Shown: one piece after another, positions 60,223 to 64,000 of the stretch
Layout of the letters: every line of letters starts with the position of its first letter
Position numbering within the stretch: the stretch's first letter is position 1
NCBI GenBank assembly: GCA_002269645.1
Contig: NIVC01002327.1
Coordinates: 26,852-90,851 of the forward strand
Direction of reading: 5' to 3'
Origin: Macrostomum lignano
Taxonomy: Eukaryota
DNA: 64,000 nucleotides
Notes under the pieces: model-generated
The model's input: the letters and a program-made list of their open reading frames with translations, nothing else
What the model was told of the DNA's origin: nothing
Database searches by the model: none
Made by a program: the position numbers and the translations under genes

Positions 60223-63200
60223 ATGGCTTGCGAAGTAGCGCAATTGAGCGGCAACGCTGGTGCCCCAAACAATTCAAACAATTTTTCTCCATTAACACTA
60301 TTCGAGTGCACAATTACTAACGCTCAGATGCTGATTGAATCCATGGCTGATAGAGAGCTGCTGCACGCTCTCCGCATTGCCAGCGGCCTTCACACGCACA
60401 TTGTTGGCGTTATTGAGCCCAGATGCGAGCGAGCATTTGCTCGGAGCGAAGCTCACGGAGCCTGCCTCCTGTCTGGCGCCGCCGCCGCCGCCACAACATC
60501 TTCGGCTGCGTCATCTCCGCTGCCATCGTCAGTAGCCGCCGCTGGCACTGTCAGCCAGGCCACAGCCAATGGCGCCTCGACTCGGCCAAAAACTGAGTTC
60601 GACGCCGCCCAATCAGCTGGCGGCCGCAGCATCTCACTATTTGGCAGCGGCAGCGTCAAAGAGGAGCAGCTATTGATTGAGGATGAGGACTCTATTGACG
60701 ATTGCCTGATCATGGAGGAGGACGGTTCTCTTGCTGGCTCAGCTGCCGCTTTTGCTCCGCCGCCCGGCGTTGCCGCCGCCTCGGCCGCTGTTGCAGCGTC
60801 TCCTAGTAGGAAGCGAACTCGTCAAGAAACTGCAGCGGCTGGCACCAGCCAGGAGCTGTCAGTAGCTGGGGCAGCAGCTTTGCCTGTGACCGGCGTCAAC
60901 AGCGAGTGCAGATCGGCGCTGCGCAACTCGTATAGAGAGTTAAAAGGAAACGGGCCGCATCTGTTCAACTTTTCTATGCCGTGAGTTCGATAATCGCACA
61001 CTAATCTTATTGTTTAAACTCATTACGAAACGCCCGTTTTAAGTTATTTGTGTCGCACTGCCCTCTAAGCTCATTAACAATGGCCCTCTAAGCTCATTAA
61101 CAATGACCCTCTAAGCTCATTAACAATGGCCCTCTAAGATCATTAACAATGGCCCTCTAAGCTCATTAACAATGGCCCTCTAAGCTCATTAACAATGGCC
61201 CTCTAAGATCATTAACAATGGCCCTCTAACCTCATTAGCAATAACCCTCTAATCTCATTAGCAATAACCCTCTAACCTCATTAGCAATAACCCTCTAATC
61301 TCATTAGCAATAACCCTCTAACCTCATTAGCAATAACCCTCTAATCTCATTAGCAATAACCCTCTAACCTCATTAGCAATAACCCTCTAAACTCAATAGC
61401 AATAACCCTCTAAACTCAATAGCAATAACCCTCTAACCTCATTAGCAATAACCCTCTAATCTCATTAGCAATAACCCTCTAACCTCATTAGCAATAACCC
61501 TCTAATCTCATTAGCAATAACCCTCTAACCTCAATAGCAATAACCCTCTAATCTCATTAGCAATAACCCTCTAACCTCATTAGCAATAACCCTCTAATCT
61601 CATTAGCAATAACCCTCTAACCTCAATAGCAATAACCCTCTAATCTCATTAGCAATAACCCTCTAATCTCATTAGCAATAACCCTCTAACCTCATTAGCA
61701 ATAACCCTCTAATCTCATTAGCAATAACCCTCTAATCTCATTAGCAATAACCCTCTAACCTCAATAGCAATAACCCTCTAATCTCATTAGCAATAACCCT
61801 CTAACCTCATTAGCAATAACCCTCTAATCTCATTAGCAATAACCCTCTAACCTCAATAGCAATAACCCTCTAATCTCATTAGCAATAACCCTCTAATCTC
61901 ATTAGCAATAACCCTCTAACCTCATTAGCAATAACCCTCTAATCTCATTAGCAATAACCCTCTAATCTCATTAGCAATAACCCTCTAACCTCAATAGCAA
62001 TAACCCTCTAATCTCATTAGCAATAACCCTCTAACCTCATTAGCAATAACCTTAAGGTCCAGGCCTCTTAGGTCAAGCCCAATAAGAAAGTTTTTTTACT
62101 GCCTATGTGCCTAGCTACCAAGTGCCATACAAAGCTAATTGCCTATCTGCATACACCTTATTAGTTCCGGCCACCCTTCTGCCCATTTTAGTTTTACAGA
62201 CTCGGTGAATCAGCGCGTAGCAGAACAGGTGATGTCTCACGCGCAGAGACAGCTGCCACTGCCTGGCATACCGCAGGACGTGTGGTGGAGTAAGTTAGCA
62301 AATTCTTCTTTATAAAATCATATAATTCTCGCTTACTAAATAGTTATGAAAATGTCAAGCTGCCAGATAAGCTGCCGTTGTACACGATGGGCCTATTCCT
62401 TGCATTTGGTGACCGTCAAGCCATTTTATAGGAGTTTCCATTATCTATGTCTACATTATCACAAAATGGTGCCGTTAATGTTAAATATGTTAGCAAATGC
62501 CATGGGTCGTTAATGTTAGATCCGGCACTTTTGCTAGCCTTTTTTATGCAATTAATCATCTAATTAACTCCGTTATTTAACAGTTAATCATTAATTAATT
62601 GATTCTAGTTGTTAACACCACGTTTCTTTGTTGGAAAATAATTAAGTTTTATTCATTGTATTCTCCATCATTATCACTATGTCGCTGGTTCAAGGTCACA
62701 AGATCGCAAGTGCTCTTACATGCTGATTAACTACTTATAGTAGTACTCGAAAGGTTTTTGCTAATAAATGCGATCTTTTAGCCGCCGCCGGAGCAGTACG
62801 GCCTAGTTAAAGACGATCTGCATAAGAATAAAATGCGGATAAGGAGGATTCGCTACAAACAGAAGGTATATATTAATAGTACCGCGAGTTCAATGGTGTC
62901 AGCAAGTATTAATTTTAATGCCATTGTTTTATTTCCGCTTTTTTCACACTGGCCTCAGCTATGAATGCGACACGAACCATCGATAAATATTGCGATCCCC
63001 AAGTGCACTACTTGTCAGTAGTTTGGGCATAAATAAAACAACTTGCATACTAATTTATGACTATTTTAGGCTTATTTCTTGACGTTTTATTGCAACATGC
63101 AGCGGGCTGTGCAGACAGGCGCAGCAGCAACAAGCTCGCTATGAGCAAACTGCGCAGTCGAAGAAAGGTCCGAGAATGTTTATTTATAATGATTTCATTG

Positions 63201-63477
63201 ATTAATTAGATAGACTGACAGATTGTTTTTGTGGTGTTTAAATTTCCATGTTTTGTCACCGAAATGCTCGCCCAGATTAGCGCCATTCAAACGTGTTTCT
63301 GGCACTGGCTTAAAGCTTTTTAGAATTTTCAGTTAAACTCAATCTTTGACTTCTTGTTGTTTTAAACCGCTGTTTTCAGACGAACTGTACCTGTTTTGCC
63401 AGGATCTCAGCTCTAGTGCGCTGAAAATGCGAGAGAAATTCGCGGCGAAAAGCGCAGACAAAGAAATCGCCAAAGAG
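60223..63477 (+). CDS. Uncharacterised multi-exon gene (Ala/Ser-rich N-terminus, basic RKR motif), probably incomplete
   Basis: GC-rich exon 60223-60980 (donor CC|GTGAGT) joins 62192-62289 in phase (FNFSMP|FTDSVNQRVAEQV). Candidate later exons 63070-63167 (SLFLDVLL...KLRSRRK) and 63403 onward; 62782-62865 is a further candidate that does not fit the phase. The 3' structure is unresolved. Confidence 0.55.
61064..62052. repeat. 23-bp minisatellite (GCAATAACCCTCTAACCTCATTA)n preceded by a related ACAATGGCCCTCTAAGCTCATTA variant block
   Basis: About 43 units inside intron 60981-62191. Confidence 0.95.
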
Positions 63478-63549
63478 TAGTTGTTAGGTCTTGGCCGTTG
63501 GGTTGGTTCTGCTTAACTCCGCGCGAACACCGCCCTAAGATGTGCCCTA

Positions 63550-64000
63550 GAAGCTCATTAAGAATCGCCCTATAAGCCCATTGAGAATCGTCCTATAAGC
63601 GCATTAAGAATCGCCCTATAGGCATTATGAATCGTCCTATAAGCCCGTTGAGAATCGTCCTATAAGCGCATTAAGAATCACCCTATAAGCCCGTTGAGAA
63701 TCGTCCTATAAGCGCATTATGAATCGTCCTATAAGCCCGTTCAGAATCGTCCTATAAGCCGTGAAAATCGTCCCATAAGCGCATTAAGATGCCCCTATAA
63801 GTGCATTAAGAATCGCCTATAAGTGCATCAAGAATCCTATAAGTGCTAAGATGTCCTTAAGTCATTAAGAATCGCCCTATAAGTGCGTTAAGAATCTCCC
63901 TATAAGTGCATTAAGAATCGCCTATAAGTGCATCAAGAATCTCCCTATAAGTGCATTAAGAATCGCCCTATAAGTGCATTAAGAATCGCCTATAAGTGCA
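63550..64000. repeat. About 23-bp minisatellite (AAGAATCGCCCTATAAGTGCATT)n running off the window
   Basis: Variable units. Confidence 0.9.

Noticed and set aside
62198-62200. Acceptor TTTTACAG at 62199 for the last gene
   Set aside because: It gives a frame ending in a stop at the donor; the AG at 62191 gives the coherent open frame.
722-63999. Long ORFs with periodic translations (for example 4620-6152, 20804-21913, 25259-26131, 35904-36560, 38921-39716, 44148-44699)
   Set aside because: They coincide with tandem arrays, are open in several frames or strands, and lie in introns or spacers; they are by-products of stop-free repeat units.

Overview
Eukaryotic (animal) genomic DNA: GC-rich exons, GT-AG introns, AT-rich spacers. 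The style resembles a free-living flatworm such as Macrostomum, but this is inference and the species is not proven. By manual splicing I reconstruct nine protein-coding genes, all on the + strand: hnRNP F/H-like with 4 qRRMs, AP5Z1, TM6SF1-like, an intronless ceramide synthase, a MYND-finger protein, POLR1B (RPA2), DCAF8-like, a TREK-like K2P channel, and an uncharacterised gene running toward the window end. There is also an intact tRNA-Ser(GCT), a tRNA-derived SINE, a decayed tRNA-like head and a TIR element. About 40 tandem-repeat arrays are present, and 25 of 27 confidently placed introns carry their own private repeat. Most long ORFs in the supplied track are artefacts of these repeats. 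Notable oddities: one array made of reiterated 5' splice sites and another of 3' splice-site-like units; CCAAT boxes shared by unrelated arrays; single-base frame breaks in POLR1B and the K2P gene; a GC-AG intron; unpaired splice acceptors just before start codons (possible SL trans-splicing or operon); and a roughly 3 kb CpG desert with deamination footprints. Family calls come from recalled motifs, not database searches. Repeat boundaries and copy numbers are approximate.
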